IMG/VR virus record: IMGVR_UViG_3300027822_000014
Coordinates: 1-57,504 of that record
Direction: 5' to 3' (one strand)
From: a virus
Taxonomy: Duplodnaviria; Caudoviricetes
Length of the DNA stretch: 57,504 bases
A program made the position numbers and the translations under genes. The notes beneath the pieces were generated by a model that was not told the DNA's origin, searched no databases, and saw only the letters and a list, made by a program, of their open reading frames with translations. Shown here piece after piece: positions 8,317 through 18,296 of the stretch; position 1 is the stretch's first letter, and each line of letters opens with the position of its first letter.

Positions 8317-8449
8317 GGCGACAGCGTCAAAAGCGCGCCGGCGCCGGATTACCGCGCTGCGCACACGCCGTGGGCGTGCTTCAACCGCCCTGACGGGTGA
8401 TGGTGGCAAGGGCTTCGGTACGGAGTTTTCGCGCACGTTGCTTGGCTGA
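8255..8449 (+). CDS. Small virion-associated protein upstream of the portal
   Basis: P..D....RRR...RRGRAST.LT...LLG pattern typical of the small gene before BPP-1/T7-like portals. GGAAGGA RBS. Confidence 0.7.
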   Translation: MSKLFAPDIPEQEDPAPLPDEATASKARRRRITALRTRRGRASTALTGDGGKGFGTEFSRTLLG

Positions 8450-8453
8450 GCTG

Positions 8454-8630
8454 ATGCACGGTCACTCAAGACGCGGGCCGAAGACCCCTTTCGAGCTGCC
8501 CAGCACCGGGTGCGTGATGTCTTTCGTGGCGTTGGTGATCATCTGGGTGTTCGCGGCTGCCTACATGAAGGGCGAGTTCGCGTCTGAGCCCACGGAAACG
8601 GCGATGCCGGAGCAGGAGAGCCAACAATGA
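8454..8630 (+). CDS. Small membrane protein (58 aa)
   Basis: One hydrophobic segment (VMSFVALVIIWVFAAAYM). ATGA overlap with the portal. Confidence 0.5.
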   Translation: MHGHSRRGPKTPFELPSTGCVMSFVALVIIWVFAAAYMKGEFASEPTETAMPEQESQQ

Positions 8631-10285
8631 GCCAGCAAGGCAAAGACCTCCTGTCGCTATGTGACCGGATGTTCGGGCAAAAGGAAACGTGGGACAGTCT
8701 CTGCCAGGAGATTGGCTACTTTTTTGCCCCGCACAAGGCCGACTTCACCGACGAGATTTATCTCGGCGAGGAGTTCGCCTCGCATATCACCGACCCCACG
8801 CCACTGATCATGGCGCGCGACTTAGGCGACAGTTTTGGCACCATGCTGCGCTCCGAGGAGTGGTTCAAGATCGCCGTTGACGACGATCGGATCATGAACA
8901 AGCAGGAAAACCGCGTTTTTCTGGACTATATGACCGAGGTTACCCGGTCGATGCTGTACGACAAGCGTGGTGGTTTCACCCGCATGGCCAAGGAGCACGA
9001 GCATGACTTCGCCCAGTTCGGCGGCGGGGTCTCGAGCATCAATCTGAACAAGCAATACGACGGGTTCACGTGCCGTAACTGGCACATGCGCGACACCGCC
9101 TTCAACACCAACGACGACAACGAGATCGACCGGCTGGGGCGCAAGATCAACACCACCGCACGCAACTGCGTGACGAAATTCGACGGTGCGCCGCGCGCAA
9201 AAGTGCCGCAACACTTGAAAGAAACCTACGACAACGACGCCGACGCCAAAGTAAAACTGCGACATATTGCCATACCTCGGGATATGTATTCCGAAGAGGT
9301 GCGCAACATTCCCAACGATGCCAAATTCGTGAGCGTTTACCTGTCCGATCAGGGCGAAGTCATCCAGGAACTGCCGGAAATGGAGTTCCCGTACATCGTC
9401 TCACGCTGGCGCACAGTCTCAGGCTGGGGCGCCTACCCCTTCTCGCCGGCCACAATGGCTGCTCTGCCCATGTCTCGGGGCCTCCAGACCATGATGCAGA
9501 CCTTCATCGAGGCTGGCGAGAAGCAGGTCGACCCACCGCTGATTGCTACCAGCGAGGCGATTTCTTCTCCAGTGGACATCACTTCGGGCGGCATCACGTG
9601 GGTCGATGCTGAATACGACGAGCGCATGGGAGCGCCGCTGGTGCCGCTCGAGCTGGGCAAGAACGTCAAGCTCGGCGAGGCCATGCTGATGACCTTCCAC
9701 CGCCTCATGGGCGAGGCCTTATACATTTCGAAGCTGAACATGCCGCAGGCTGCCGGCGAAGGCACTGCCTACGAGATGAGCCAGCTGATCCAGCAGAACA
9801 TCAGGCAGCTGGTGCCGATCTTCGAGCCCGCGCAGGACGAGATCGTGTACCGCTACCTTGACCGCATTGTCACCACGGCCATGCGGCTGGGGGCATATGG
9901 CCCGATCGAGAACATCCCACGCGACCTGCTGGCTCAGAACATCACCTACACCTTCAACAATCCGCTGCAGGCCGAGCGTGATCGCAAGAAAGCGGCCCAG
10001 TTCCAAGAGGCCATGGGCATCGGCAGCGCTGCGCTGCAGCTCGATCCGAGCCTCGCTACCGAGCTGAACCCGATTCAGTGGGTCAGGGACGCCATGCAGG
10101 GCATTGGAGCACCTGCAGACTGGCTGAAGCCTGAAGAAATCGCCATGCAGGAGCGCATGCAGATGGCCGCACAGCAGCAGCAGCAGCAGGAGCAGCAGCA
10201 AATGGCCCAGATGGCCGACACCCTGCAGCGTGGCGGCACCGGCGTGAACCAGATCGCGCAAGCTGAAGCGGCTGGTGCGCAATGA
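8627..10285 (+). CDS. Portal / head-to-tail connector protein
   Basis: 552 aa. FPYIVSRW...YPFSPA, EKQVDPPL and TAYE motifs, with a Q-rich tail. T7 gp8/BPP-1-like. Confidence 0.9.
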   Translation: MSQQGKDLLSLCDRMFGQKETWDSLCQEIGYFFAPHKADFTDEIYLGEEFASHITDPTPLIMARDLGDSFGTMLRSEEWFKIAVDDDRIMNKQENRVFLDYMTEVTRSMLYDKRGGFTRMAKEHEHDFAQFGGGVSSINLNKQYDGFTCRNWHMRDTAFNTNDDNEIDRLGRKINTTARNCVTKFDGAPRAKVPQHLKETYDNDADAKVKLRHIAIPRDMYSEEVRNIPNDAKFVSVYLSDQGEVIQELPEMEFPYIVSRWRTVSGWGAYPFSPATMAALPMSRGLQTMMQTFIEAGEKQVDPPLIATSEAISSPVDITSGGITWVDAEYDERMGAPLVPLELGKNVKLGEAMLMTFHRLMGEALYISKLNMPQAAGEGTAYEMSQLIQQNIRQLVPIFEPAQDEIVYRYLDRIVTTAMRLGAYGPIENIPRDLLAQNITYTFNNPLQAERDRKKAAQFQEAMGIGSAALQLDPSLATELNPIQWVRDAMQGIGAPADWLKPEEIAMQERMQMAAQQQQQQEQQQMAQMADTLQRGGTGVNQIAQAEAAGAQ

Positions 10286-10470
10286 CAGTACCAACGAGAC
10301 CAGCAATACAACCCAGTTTGGTAACATCACGTGACGATGACGGCATGTGGCAAGCGGGGTGGCGGCACAGAGCATGCGGTTTGCCGCTAGACATGAAGTC
10401 GCCAACACCGTTCATCGCGGGCTGGACAGCCCGCGCCATGGCGGGGAAACGTAACTCAAATGGCCGTTGA
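10282..10470 (+). CDS. Hypothetical protein (62 aa)
   Basis: ATGA-coupled to the portal and overlaps the next gene. Confidence 0.45.
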   Translation: MTVPTRPAIQPSLVTSRDDDGMWQAGWRHRACGLPLDMKSPTPFIAGWTARAMAGKRNSNGR

Positions 10471-10867
10471 CCCAGACAAAAAGCGCCCTGGCGGCGATAA
10501 TAAACCAGTGCGGGTGGCGCCGAGCCCCCGCGCTGAAGGCGCTACCACGCCCCCGAATCGGGCGTGGAAGCCGTGTGTCGTGTCCGCTGAGCCCTCTTTG
10601 AGGGATTTACCGGGAGTTTTGCACACGGCGGATGTCCGGGCTCTCCACGCCGTCGCGTGTGGCAGGGCGAACGCGGACCAACAGAAGCGTGCGATACTGG
10701 CAGTTCATAAAATCTGTCAAACGCACGACATCAGCTATCGACCCGACGATCACGGCGGGGAGCGGGATACTGTGTTTGCGGAAGGCAAGAGATTTGTCGG
10801 CCTACAGATGCAGAAGTTCATCCAGCACCAGTCGAAATTCGTCTCCGATGAAACCGAACAGGCGTAA
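10460..10867 (+). CDS. Conserved protein between portal and scaffold (Bbp19-like)
   Basis: SYRP..GGERDT.FAEGKRFVGLQ motif and position. Confidence 0.7.
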   Translation: MAVDPDKKRPGGDNKPVRVAPSPRAEGATTPPNRAWKPCVVSAEPSLRDLPGVLHTADVRALHAVACGRANADQQKRAILAVHKICQTHDISYRPDDHGGERDTVFAEGKRFVGLQMQKFIQHQSKFVSDETEQA

Positions 10868-10893
10868 GCCTTTGACATTTTAGGAGATTTGTC

Positions 10894-11970
10894 ATGACTT
10901 TTCAGCTTCGACGCTGGCCATTTATGCCGGTGTATGCACCACCAGACCCACCTGCCGGTGGTGATCCTCCAGCCGGCGACCCTCCGCCCGCCGGAGATCC
11001 GCCACCTGCAGGCGATCCACCGCCCGCCGGTGACCCACCTCCAGCCGGTGACCCACCTCCAGCCGGTGACCCGCCATCTGCAGGCGACCCGCCACCAGCC
11101 GGTGACCCACCGCCCGGCGGCAGCCTACTCGATGACCCAGGAGATCCGCCCGGCCCCGGCCCTGCGGCGTTCCCGGACGACTGGCGCGAGCAGATGGCTG
11201 GCGACGACACTGCCATGCTGACGCAGCTCAAACGGGTGAAGACCCCTGCTGATCTGGCCCGGCGTGTCGTGGACCTTCAGGCCAAAATATCCAAGGGTGT
11301 CAAGCCTTTGGTGGTGGATGCTGAGAGTTCGGATGAAGATGTGGCCGCATATCGCGAGGCCGTCGATATCCCTGATGAGGTCACAGACTACCGTGAAAAC
11401 ATCAACTTCTCTGAGACCGTTCAGCCGACAGAGCGTGATACCGCCCTGCTGGAATCGTTCACTCAGACGACGCACGACTTCAACATTCCGGCAGAGCAGG
11501 CCCAAGGCATGCTCAACTGGTATGAAGAGACCGTCGAAGCCCAACAGCAAGATCGTGCTGAAGGCGCTGTCAGAGCCCGTGCCGAAACTGCGGATACCCT
11601 GCGTGGTGAATGGGGCGGCGAGTATGCCGGCAATGTCAACGCCGTGAAAACATTTCTCGATTCCCAGCTGGGAGAAGAGGGCGCCACCGGTCTGGTGCAG
11701 AAGCAGTTCACGGACGGGACATTCCTGGGTGACAATGTGCATTTCCTGCGCATGATGGCTCAAGTCGCCACCGACACTCTCGGTCCGAACGCCATCTTCT
11801 CAGGAGACACGCAGCAAATGAGCACTGATCTCAACGCCCGTAAGGACGAATTGCTGAAGCTGCGTGGCGGTGACAAGGACCAGCAGGCCGAATACAAATC
11901 GGACAAAGTCCAATCCGAACTCACCGAGATTTACGCCAAGCTCGATCGTCTGAAGCAGCGAGAGGCTTGA
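10894..11970 (+). CDS. Capsid scaffolding protein
   Basis: Acidic. FPDDWRE and LRGEWGGEYAGN motifs. Directly upstream of the capsid gene. Confidence 0.8.
   Translation: MTFQLRRWPFMPVYAPPDPPAGGDPPAGDPPPAGDPPPAGDPPPAGDPPPAGDPPPAGDPPSAGDPPPAGDPPPGGSLLDDPGDPPGPGPAAFPDDWREQMAGDDTAMLTQLKRVKTPADLARRVVDLQAKISKGVKPLVVDAESSDEDVAAYREAVDIPDEVTDYRENINFSETVQPTERDTALLESFTQTTHDFNIPAEQAQGMLNWYEETVEAQQQDRAEGAVRARAETADTLRGEWGGEYAGNVNAVKTFLDSQLGEEGATGLVQKQFTDGTFLGDNVHFLRMMAQVATDTLGPNAIFSGDTQQMSTDLNARKDELLKLRGGDKDQQAEYKSDKVQSELTEIYAKLDRLKQREA
10954..11115 (+). repeat. 18-bp tandem repeat encoding (AGDPPP)x9
   Basis: Nine degenerate units with synonymous variation. Confidence 0.9.
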
Positions 11971-11996
11971 CATAAATCAAGGACGGGGGTTACATT
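11967..11996 (+). promoter_or_regulatory. Sigma70-type promoter for the capsid gene
   Basis: TTGACA-N18-TACATT. Confidence 0.55.
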
Positions 11997-12008
11997 TGTC
12001 ACTGCATC

Positions 12009-12175
12009 GTGACGAAGACCCCCGTTCACACGGCCCTTTCGTCACCCCGAACTTGATACGCAGACCAGCGTTGCCCAGACTTACAGCGGCAGAGCCCCGG
12101 AATACCGGACCCCCTCAGAGCAGCTGTCCCGTCTGATTCCCAATGAGCGTTTTCGTGAACGTTAACCTATTGGGA
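12009..12175 (+). ncRNA. Structured 5' leader of the major capsid gene (three hairpins)
   Basis: GTGACGAA/TTCGTCAC, then CAGAC..ACAGC..CCGG(AATA)CCGG..GCTGT..GTCTG, then TCCCAAT/ATTGGGA, which covers the RBS. Confidence 0.55.
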
Positions 12176-12182
12176 GAGCATA

Positions 12183-13019
12183 ATGGCTTACCAAATCACT
12201 AGGGAACAGTACCGCGATGAATGGATCGTGGCGTTCCAGCGTGGTGAAACAGCCTTGCGTCATGTCACCACTCCCGAGATGATCATTCAGGGCAACCAAG
12301 CGGTCTTCCCGATCCAAGGTGCCTCGAATGGTGCGACATCTCGCGGTGTGAACGGCCTGATCCCGTCAGACAATCCGACGGATACGCAGGTTACGATTCC
12401 TCTCGAGGAACGTCACCGCAAGGAAACCCAGACGGGTTTCAATATCTTCACCGCTCACGGTAATCTGCGTGAGGCTATGCAAAACCGCGGCGCACTCGCC
12501 CTGGCTCGTGAAGTGGACGACAAGATCATCGCTGATGCTCTGCAGTCTGCCACCAACGAGTACAACGGTGGTGCCGCTATCACGGTCACGTATAACCACA
12601 TTCAGACCATCATGGCTGAGCTGCTTGAAAACAACGTTTTCGCCATGGACCAGCTCTGCTTTGTCTGGACCCCAATGGCATGGGCTCGCCTGTTGACGTT
12701 TTCCGAGTGGACCAGCTCTGACTACGTCCAGGACAAGTTCCTGCTCGGCGGAGCCACCCAGCAGCCTCGTATGTGGAACGGTGCAATGCACATGGTTCAC
12801 ACCGGCCTGCCGAATATCGGCCTTGCTACTGCAGAAAGCTTCGTTTTTGCGAAGTCGTCCGTGGGTTATTGCATGAACACTGGTGGCATCGACGTCGCGA
12901 TCGGTTATGATGAAGAGGACGACTACAGCTTCGCCCGCCATACTATTTTCCATGGCTCGGAAGTGCTGCAGCAGGCCGGTATCATCAAAATCGTCCACGA
13001 CGACACCGCGGCCATTTAA
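12183..13019 (+). CDS. Major capsid protein (278 aa)
   Basis: Position after the scaffold. ATSRGVNGLIP, ALAREVDDKII and HTGLP motifs of this podovirus capsid family. Confidence 0.9.
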   Translation: MAYQITREQYRDEWIVAFQRGETALRHVTTPEMIIQGNQAVFPIQGASNGATSRGVNGLIPSDNPTDTQVTIPLEERHRKETQTGFNIFTAHGNLREAMQNRGALALAREVDDKIIADALQSATNEYNGGAAITVTYNHIQTIMAELLENNVFAMDQLCFVWTPMAWARLLTFSEWTSSDYVQDKFLLGGATQQPRMWNGAMHMVHTGLPNIGLATAESFVFAKSSVGYCMNTGGIDVAIGYDEEDDYSFARHTIFHGSEVLQQAGIIKIVHDDTAAI

Positions 13020-13033
13020 CGGAGGACTGACGA

Positions 13034-13345
13034 ATGGCATATAATTCCGAAGGCCTCAGCCTTGTTAACGGCTCTCTGTCCGGTGGCGGTCCCAACCGCT
13101 GGCTGCTTCAGACTGCGGACGCCTTGACGGCGGTTCGTGTATCTGGGTACGTCTCGGACGGTGAAGCTCGCGGCATGCAGGTTGGCGACATGGTTGACGT
13201 GGTTCAGTGGACGTCGTTCACTGACCAGTACACCAAGGCCTCCCCGATCCTCGGCTACAGCACGACTATCGTGTTGTCTGTGGAATCGGACGGCTCCGTC
13301 GATCTGGCTGATGGCACAGGCTTTACGATCACTGACACCGACTAA
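13034..13345 (+). CDS. Putative capsid decoration/cement protein
   Basis: Follows the capsid gene. VRVSGYVSDG..RGMQVGD motif. GGAGG RBS. Confidence 0.65.
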   Translation: MAYNSEGLSLVNGSLSGGGPNRWLLQTADALTAVRVSGYVSDGEARGMQVGDMVDVVQWTSFTDQYTKASPILGYSTTIVLSVESDGSVDLADGTGFTITDTD

Positions 13346-13368
13346 GGTGCCGGCGATCGCGACGAACC

Positions 13369-13395
13369 GGGTGCTCTGCTCTAGCAGGGCACCTT
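13369..13395 (+). terminator. Possible terminator or stabilising hairpin after the head genes
   Basis: GGTGCTCTGC-TCTA-GCAGGGCACC stem with a weak U-tract. Confidence 0.4.
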
Positions 13396-13426
13396 CAATC
13401 ATTTGCCAATTTTAGGAGTTTGACCT

Positions 13427-13963
13427 ATGGCACGAAAAGTAATCAACCGCGTCGCAGCGGAAAAAGGTAAACTGCTTCCGGGCGGCTGCCTAAAAGAATC
13501 TGACTATCTGGTTCGCCGGTTCACGGCGAAAGTACCAGTCACCCACACCCTCAAGGATATTGAAGCGCCGAACTACTTCCAGTTCTACGCCGACACCCTG
13601 GCCAAGGCCCGCGGTTTCGGTCCTGTGAAACTCGAGGTGATCTCGGATGACTGCTCGCTCCATGCGGAATATCTGGTCCTCGAGGCCACGCGCGGTGGCG
13701 TGAGGCTGCGTCGGATCACAGTGCACTACGACGCCAGCCAAATCCCTGAAGCCCCTGAAGGGTCGCTTCAGGATACGACAGGCAATGACCTCGAGTTCAC
13801 TAAAAACTGGTCAGCGAAGGAAAAAAACCGCATATTGCAGCACGGCAAGGTTGTCTTGCAGAATATCCAATCAAAGGATATGTGCGACGAAATCCTTGAT
13901 CGGCTCAACGCCGGCACGCTTGATCTGGACGACGTAGCGACGGAATACAGCGTGTCTGCCTGA
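13427..13963 (+). CDS. Hypothetical protein (178 aa)
   Basis: AGGAG RBS, within the structural operon. Confidence 0.75.
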   Translation: MARKVINRVAAEKGKLLPGGCLKESDYLVRRFTAKVPVTHTLKDIEAPNYFQFYADTLAKARGFGPVKLEVISDDCSLHAEYLVLEATRGGVRLRRITVHYDASQIPEAPEGSLQDTTGNDLEFTKNWSAKEKNRILQHGKVVLQNIQSKDMCDEILDRLNAGTLDLDDVATEYSVSA

Positions 13964-13977
13964 CAATGAGGTAGGCC

Positions 13978-14667
13978 ATGGCCACTAAACTGCAACTCTA
14001 TAACAGGGCTCTATATCACCTTGGGGAAGGCCAGATTTTTGACACCGATCCGGCTGTTGATGACACCGAACCCACGCATGTGCTTGACGAGATATGGCCG
14101 ACAGTCATCCTTGATGCGCTATCCAGATCAGATTGGAACTTTGCTACCGTCACGGCTGAGATCAGCCAATCTGGCAGCACCACTGTTATCGCCAACTATG
14201 AATACGCGTTCGATCACCCCGGTGACTGGATCAGGACGGTAGCGTTCTCGTTCGATGGTGATTTTACTGACAGTGCGGCTTACGATATTGATTCGTTCGA
14301 TGTATACGACGAACGTGGATCGTGGTTCACCAACTCCGACACGCTCTACGTCCGCTACATCACAACTGATGCTGCTGCTGATGCCGAGATCGACAGCTAT
14401 CCCCCGAGCTTCTTCGAGTTTTGCGCACTGCTGCTGGCGTACCAGAGTTGCGAACGCATTACCCAAGGCACAGACAAACAAGATGATCTCGAAGCGCGCA
14501 TGGATAAGCAGCTCTTAAAGGCCAAGTCCAACGACGCCCGAAACATGCCGAAGACGGCGATCCGTCAGGGCAAATGGTTGCGCTCGTTCCGTGGCGCCGG
14601 CTGGCGCGGCAACCGCGAAGGCACGCTGGTGGGCGGTGAGATTAACACCACCGAAGGCAACACCTGA
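13978..14667 (+). CDS. Tail adaptor / tubular protein A
   Basis: TKLQLYNRAL..LGE, WNFA, YEYAF..P.DW.R and F....ALLLA motifs (T7 gp11-like). Confidence 0.85.
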   Translation: MATKLQLYNRALYHLGEGQIFDTDPAVDDTEPTHVLDEIWPTVILDALSRSDWNFATVTAEISQSGSTTVIANYEYAFDHPGDWIRTVAFSFDGDFTDSAAYDIDSFDVYDERGSWFTNSDTLYVRYITTDAAADAEIDSYPPSFFEFCALLLAYQSCERITQGTDKQDDLEARMDKQLLKAKSNDARNMPKTAIRQGKWLRSFRGAGWRGNREGTLVGGEINTTEGNT

Positions 14668-14737
14668 CAGTATCACCCTTGCGTCGTTGCGCTTTTCGGG
14701 TAGATTTGCATTCTAGCAATGTTGAGAGGATCTACTC

Positions 14738-17446
14738 ATGGCCCGCGCTCAGGCTCCAGTCTATGCGTTGAACGGTGGCGAAGTCGGCAAAGAGAGCGTG
14801 CAACGCCTCGACATCGACAAGATGCGGTTCAGCGGCGAGCTGTACGAAAATATCTTCCCGAAGGTGATCGGCTCCTTCCAGTTCCGGGGCGGGTTCGGCT
14901 ACAAGGCCGACGCCCCGGTCAACGAGGCCGACAACATATTCCTCAAGTTCATCTTCGGCTCTTCGCAGAACGCGCTGCTGCACTTCTCATCGGACGGCAT
15001 GCGGATTTTCGATGCCGACAGCGACAGCTACCTGACGCGCGCGGCGGTCTCCACCACGATCAGCGAGGGTGATTTCGATGCCCAGGGTGAATGGACCGAC
15101 GAGAGCGATGCCGGCGCCACGGCTGTCATCAGCGGTGGTAACTGCACGCTGACCGGTGCGTCCGGGTCTGAGGCGTCCATCGAGCAGGACATCGCCGTCT
15201 CCGGCACTGATGACACGACCGAGCACGCACTCGAGATAGAAGTGCTTGCCGGTCCGGTCGGCCTGTCCATCGGCACCACGTCAGGTGGCGAGGAGATCCT
15301 CGGCTACACTGGTCTAGAAGAAGGCTTCCATTCGCTGGCGTTCACGCCCGGCGACGGCGTCAGCACGGTTTACATCCGGCTCACCAACGCCGAGGAGAAG
15401 GAAGCGGTGGTCACAAAATGCGACATTGCTCCGTCCGGCACCATTGTCGTGGAACATCCATGGGCTACCGCGGATCTCCGGGGCCTCAACTATGCTCAGT
15501 CGAGCGACGTGATATTTGTCGCGTCCGACGGCACCTACCAGCAGCGCCGCATCGAGCGCCGTAGCACCACCTCGTGGTCGGTGGTGCGCTACAAGGTGGA
15601 CGACGGCCCGTTCGACATCCTGCCTGATGAGAGCGTGTCGCTGACGTCTGACGGGCTTTCAGGCAACGTCACGCTCACTGCGGATACCCCGATTTTCTCC
15701 GAAGACGATGTTGGTTCGCTATTCCGGCTAGTCCACTATTCCCAGTTCGTCGAGGCCTCCTTCACGGCTGCCGCCCAGACGTCCAACAACATTGTCGTCA
15801 CCGGCTCCGGCGGCAATGACCGGCGGTTCGACTATGCGATTACCGGCACGTGGGTCGGCTCAGTTGCGATTGACCGGGCCATCGGCAACGACGTCTCGTT
15901 CTCGAGGTACGTCACATATACGGCCAACATCACAGACGATCTCAATGATGGGCTCGACAACTCGACGGTTTACTACCGCTGGCGCGCCGTTGACATAACC
16001 AGCGGTCAGGCCGACGTGGAGCTGGACTTCGAGGGCGGTGTCACCTACGGCGTCCTGCGCATCACTGCCTACACTGACGAGAGCACACTTGAAGCCGAGG
16101 TGCTATCGCCGATCGCGGAGACTGACAGCACGACACAATGGGACCGGGGAACGTGGTCCGACCGCAACGGGTGGCCTTCATCAGTCACGTTCTTCGACGG
16201 ACGTTTGTGGTGGGGCAGAGGAGGAGTGGTTTATGGATCGACTTCGGATGCTTTTGATGTCTACGACGACCTGTCGGAAGATGATGCCGGAGATTCCGCG
16301 CCCGTCGTCCGCTCTATCGGTACTGACACCAGCCAGGGTGTCCTCTGGCTGCTTGGCCTTCAGCGCCTTATCGCCGGCACTGACACGGCAGAGATATCTA
16401 TTCGTGCCTCCTCATTCGACGAGCCGATTACAGCCTCTAGTTTCGTGCCGCGTGTTGCCTCAACGCGCGGTTCCGTCGATGTGCAGGCCGTCCAGGTCGA
16501 CAGTGAGGGGATTTACGTCCAGCGCTCCAATGCGCGGGCCTACCGGTTCGCTTTCGACAGCGGTCGCAATGACTACTTCTCATTCGAGCTAACCAAGCTG
16601 CACCGCGAGATCATCGAGGACGGCGTCGTCAAGATGGACGTGCAGCGCCATCCTGACACACGGGTATGGTTCCTGCTCGAAACCGGCGAGGCGCGTGTGC
16701 TTACGCTTGAGGTCGAGGAAGGGGTCGTGGCGTGGTCACGTGTCACCACGGAGAACGGCATCGTAGAGGATATTGCCGTCCTGCCGTCAGCAGGCGAGGA
16801 CCGGGTGTTCGCGATAGTTAAGCGCACCATCGACAGCAGCGAAGTCCGCTACATCGAGGAACTGGCTCCACTCAGCGAGAGTATCGGCAGCGCTCATAAC
16901 TGCATGGCCGACAGCTACGTGAAAGGCACCCAGGTGGCCTCGACCACCATCAGCGGACTGGACCATCTCGAGGGCGAAGAAGTGGTTGTCTGGGCTGACG
17001 GCGCTTCACTGCACAATCAAGATAACATGATGACGGTGTCCGGCGGTGAGATCACGGTCAGCGAGGCAGTGACAGACTATGTTGTCGGCCTCGCGTACAG
17101 CGGTTACTGGACATCCACCGATCTGGCATATGGCTCCGATCTCGGCACTGCACTCACGCAACGCAAACGCGTGTCGCACCTGGGTCTGGTGATGAACGAC
17201 GTCGCGCTCGACGGCCTCCGAATCGGCAAGTCGTTTGACGACCGGGATCTGCGGCGTATCCGGCAGGAGAAAGGCGGCAAACAGATAGACGGTGGTGAAG
17301 TGCTGGCCAAATACAATTACGATGCGACCTCGTTCCCCGGCGGCTGGGACACGGAGAGCCGCGTGAACATTCAGATGAAAGCACCGTATCCTGCGACGAT
17401 CTCGGCTATGGTGTTGAGCATGAAAACAAAGGACATGGCGGGATGA
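14738..17446 (+). CDS. Tail nozzle / tubular protein B
   Basis: NGGEV, YAQSSDVIF, GWPSSVTFFDGRLWW, VAWSR and GLDHLEGEEVVVWADG motifs (T7 gp12-like). Confidence 0.85.
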   Translation: MARAQAPVYALNGGEVGKESVQRLDIDKMRFSGELYENIFPKVIGSFQFRGGFGYKADAPVNEADNIFLKFIFGSSQNALLHFSSDGMRIFDADSDSYLTRAAVSTTISEGDFDAQGEWTDESDAGATAVISGGNCTLTGASGSEASIEQDIAVSGTDDTTEHALEIEVLAGPVGLSIGTTSGGEEILGYTGLEEGFHSLAFTPGDGVSTVYIRLTNAEEKEAVVTKCDIAPSGTIVVEHPWATADLRGLNYAQSSDVIFVASDGTYQQRRIERRSTTSWSVVRYKVDDGPFDILPDESVSLTSDGLSGNVTLTADTPIFSEDDVGSLFRLVHYSQFVEASFTAAAQTSNNIVVTGSGGNDRRFDYAITGTWVGSVAIDRAIGNDVSFSRYVTYTANITDDLNDGLDNSTVYYRWRAVDITSGQADVELDFEGGVTYGVLRITAYTDESTLEAEVLSPIAETDSTTQWDRGTWSDRNGWPSSVTFFDGRLWWGRGGVVYGSTSDAFDVYDDLSEDDAGDSAPVVRSIGTDTSQGVLWLLGLQRLIAGTDTAEISIRASSFDEPITASSFVPRVASTRGSVDVQAVQVDSEGIYVQRSNARAYRFAFDSGRNDYFSFELTKLHREIIEDGVVKMDVQRHPDTRVWFLLETGEARVLTLEVEEGVVAWSRVTTENGIVEDIAVLPSAGEDRVFAIVKRTIDSSEVRYIEELAPLSESIGSAHNCMADSYVKGTQVASTTISGLDHLEGEEVVVWADGASLHNQDNMMTVSGGEITVSEAVTDYVVGLAYSGYWTSTDLAYGSDLGTALTQRKRVSHLGLVMNDVALDGLRIGKSFDDRDLRRIRQEKGGKQIDGGEVLAKYNYDATSFPGGWDTESRVNIQMKAPYPATISAMVLSMKTKDMAG

Positions 17447-17823
17447 GACCGGAGATACACGACGCTGATGACACTGATTTCGCCCGGTTTTTTAAAACAC
17501 AGGCACCGGCCACGCGGTGGCGCGGCAAGTGTATTCGGAAGGGTGATCTGGTCAAAGCCATGGCGGGGGTGGTACTAAGTGACGACGGTCGTTATTTTGC
17601 ATTTATGGAATTGCGCGGGGCCGGGCGCTTCCCGTTGGTGTTTAGACGCGTTTTACGTTTTCTCGAAAACACGATAGAAGACTTCGAAATTGATGAGGTT
17701 TTTGCATTTTGCGATGACCGCTACCCACGCGCGCATCAGTTCATTGAACGCCTCGGTTTCGTGAAGACCGAAGAAGAACACGATCAAGGAAAGGTTTGGA
17801 GATGGCGGGCATCGGAACAATAA
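17443..17823 (+). CDS. GNAT-like protein (T7 gp13 position)
   Basis: RAHQFIERLGF C-terminal GNAT motif and synteny. Confidence 0.6.
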   Translation: MRPEIHDADDTDFARFFKTQAPATRWRGKCIRKGDLVKAMAGVVLSDDGRYFAFMELRGAGRFPLVFRRVLRFLENTIEDFEIDEVFAFCDDRYPRAHQFIERLGFVKTEEEHDQGKVWRWRASEQ

Positions 17824-18290
17824 TGACGATCGCATCCACCGCCATGGGGGCGGTGGGCACGTTAGCTGAGATGAGTTCAAAAGCTGCGCAGCACAAGATC
17901 CAACAGCAGCAGCTCGAGCGTCAGGCGACTGAGGCCCGGGCTATCGGCACCCAGAAGGCAGCCGAGCGTAAACGCGAGGCCAACCTGCTGTTCTCCAACC
18001 AGATTGCCAGAGCAGCAGCATCGGGTGGCGCCAGCGATCCCTCGGTGGTCAAACTGTTCGGCGACACGGCAGCTGAAGGAGAACGCAATGTCCAAACGGA
18101 ACTCGCGCTTGCGGAGAACACGGCGCAAAACTACGACTACGCAGCCCAAGCCGAAGCTTACTCGGCGAAGAGCGCAAAAACGGCGGGCCTCGTCGGTTTC
18201 GCTTCGTCGATCCTAGGTGGGGGGTCTTCGCTCTACACGAAGTTCGGGCAGCGCTCGACAACCCAGCAATCCAGTTACATGTACGGGTGA
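17802..18290 (+). CDS. Internal virion (ejection) protein, gp14-like
   Basis: Ala/Gly/Gln-rich, hydrophobic ends, ARAAASG motif. Confidence 0.7.
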   Translation: MAGIGTIMTIASTAMGAVGTLAEMSSKAAQHKIQQQQLERQATEARAIGTQKAAERKREANLLFSNQIARAAASGGASDPSVVKLFGDTAAEGERNVQTELALAENTAQNYDYAAQAEAYSAKSAKTAGLVGFASSILGGGSSLYTKFGQRSTTQQSSYMYG

Positions 18291-18296
18291 CGTCTG

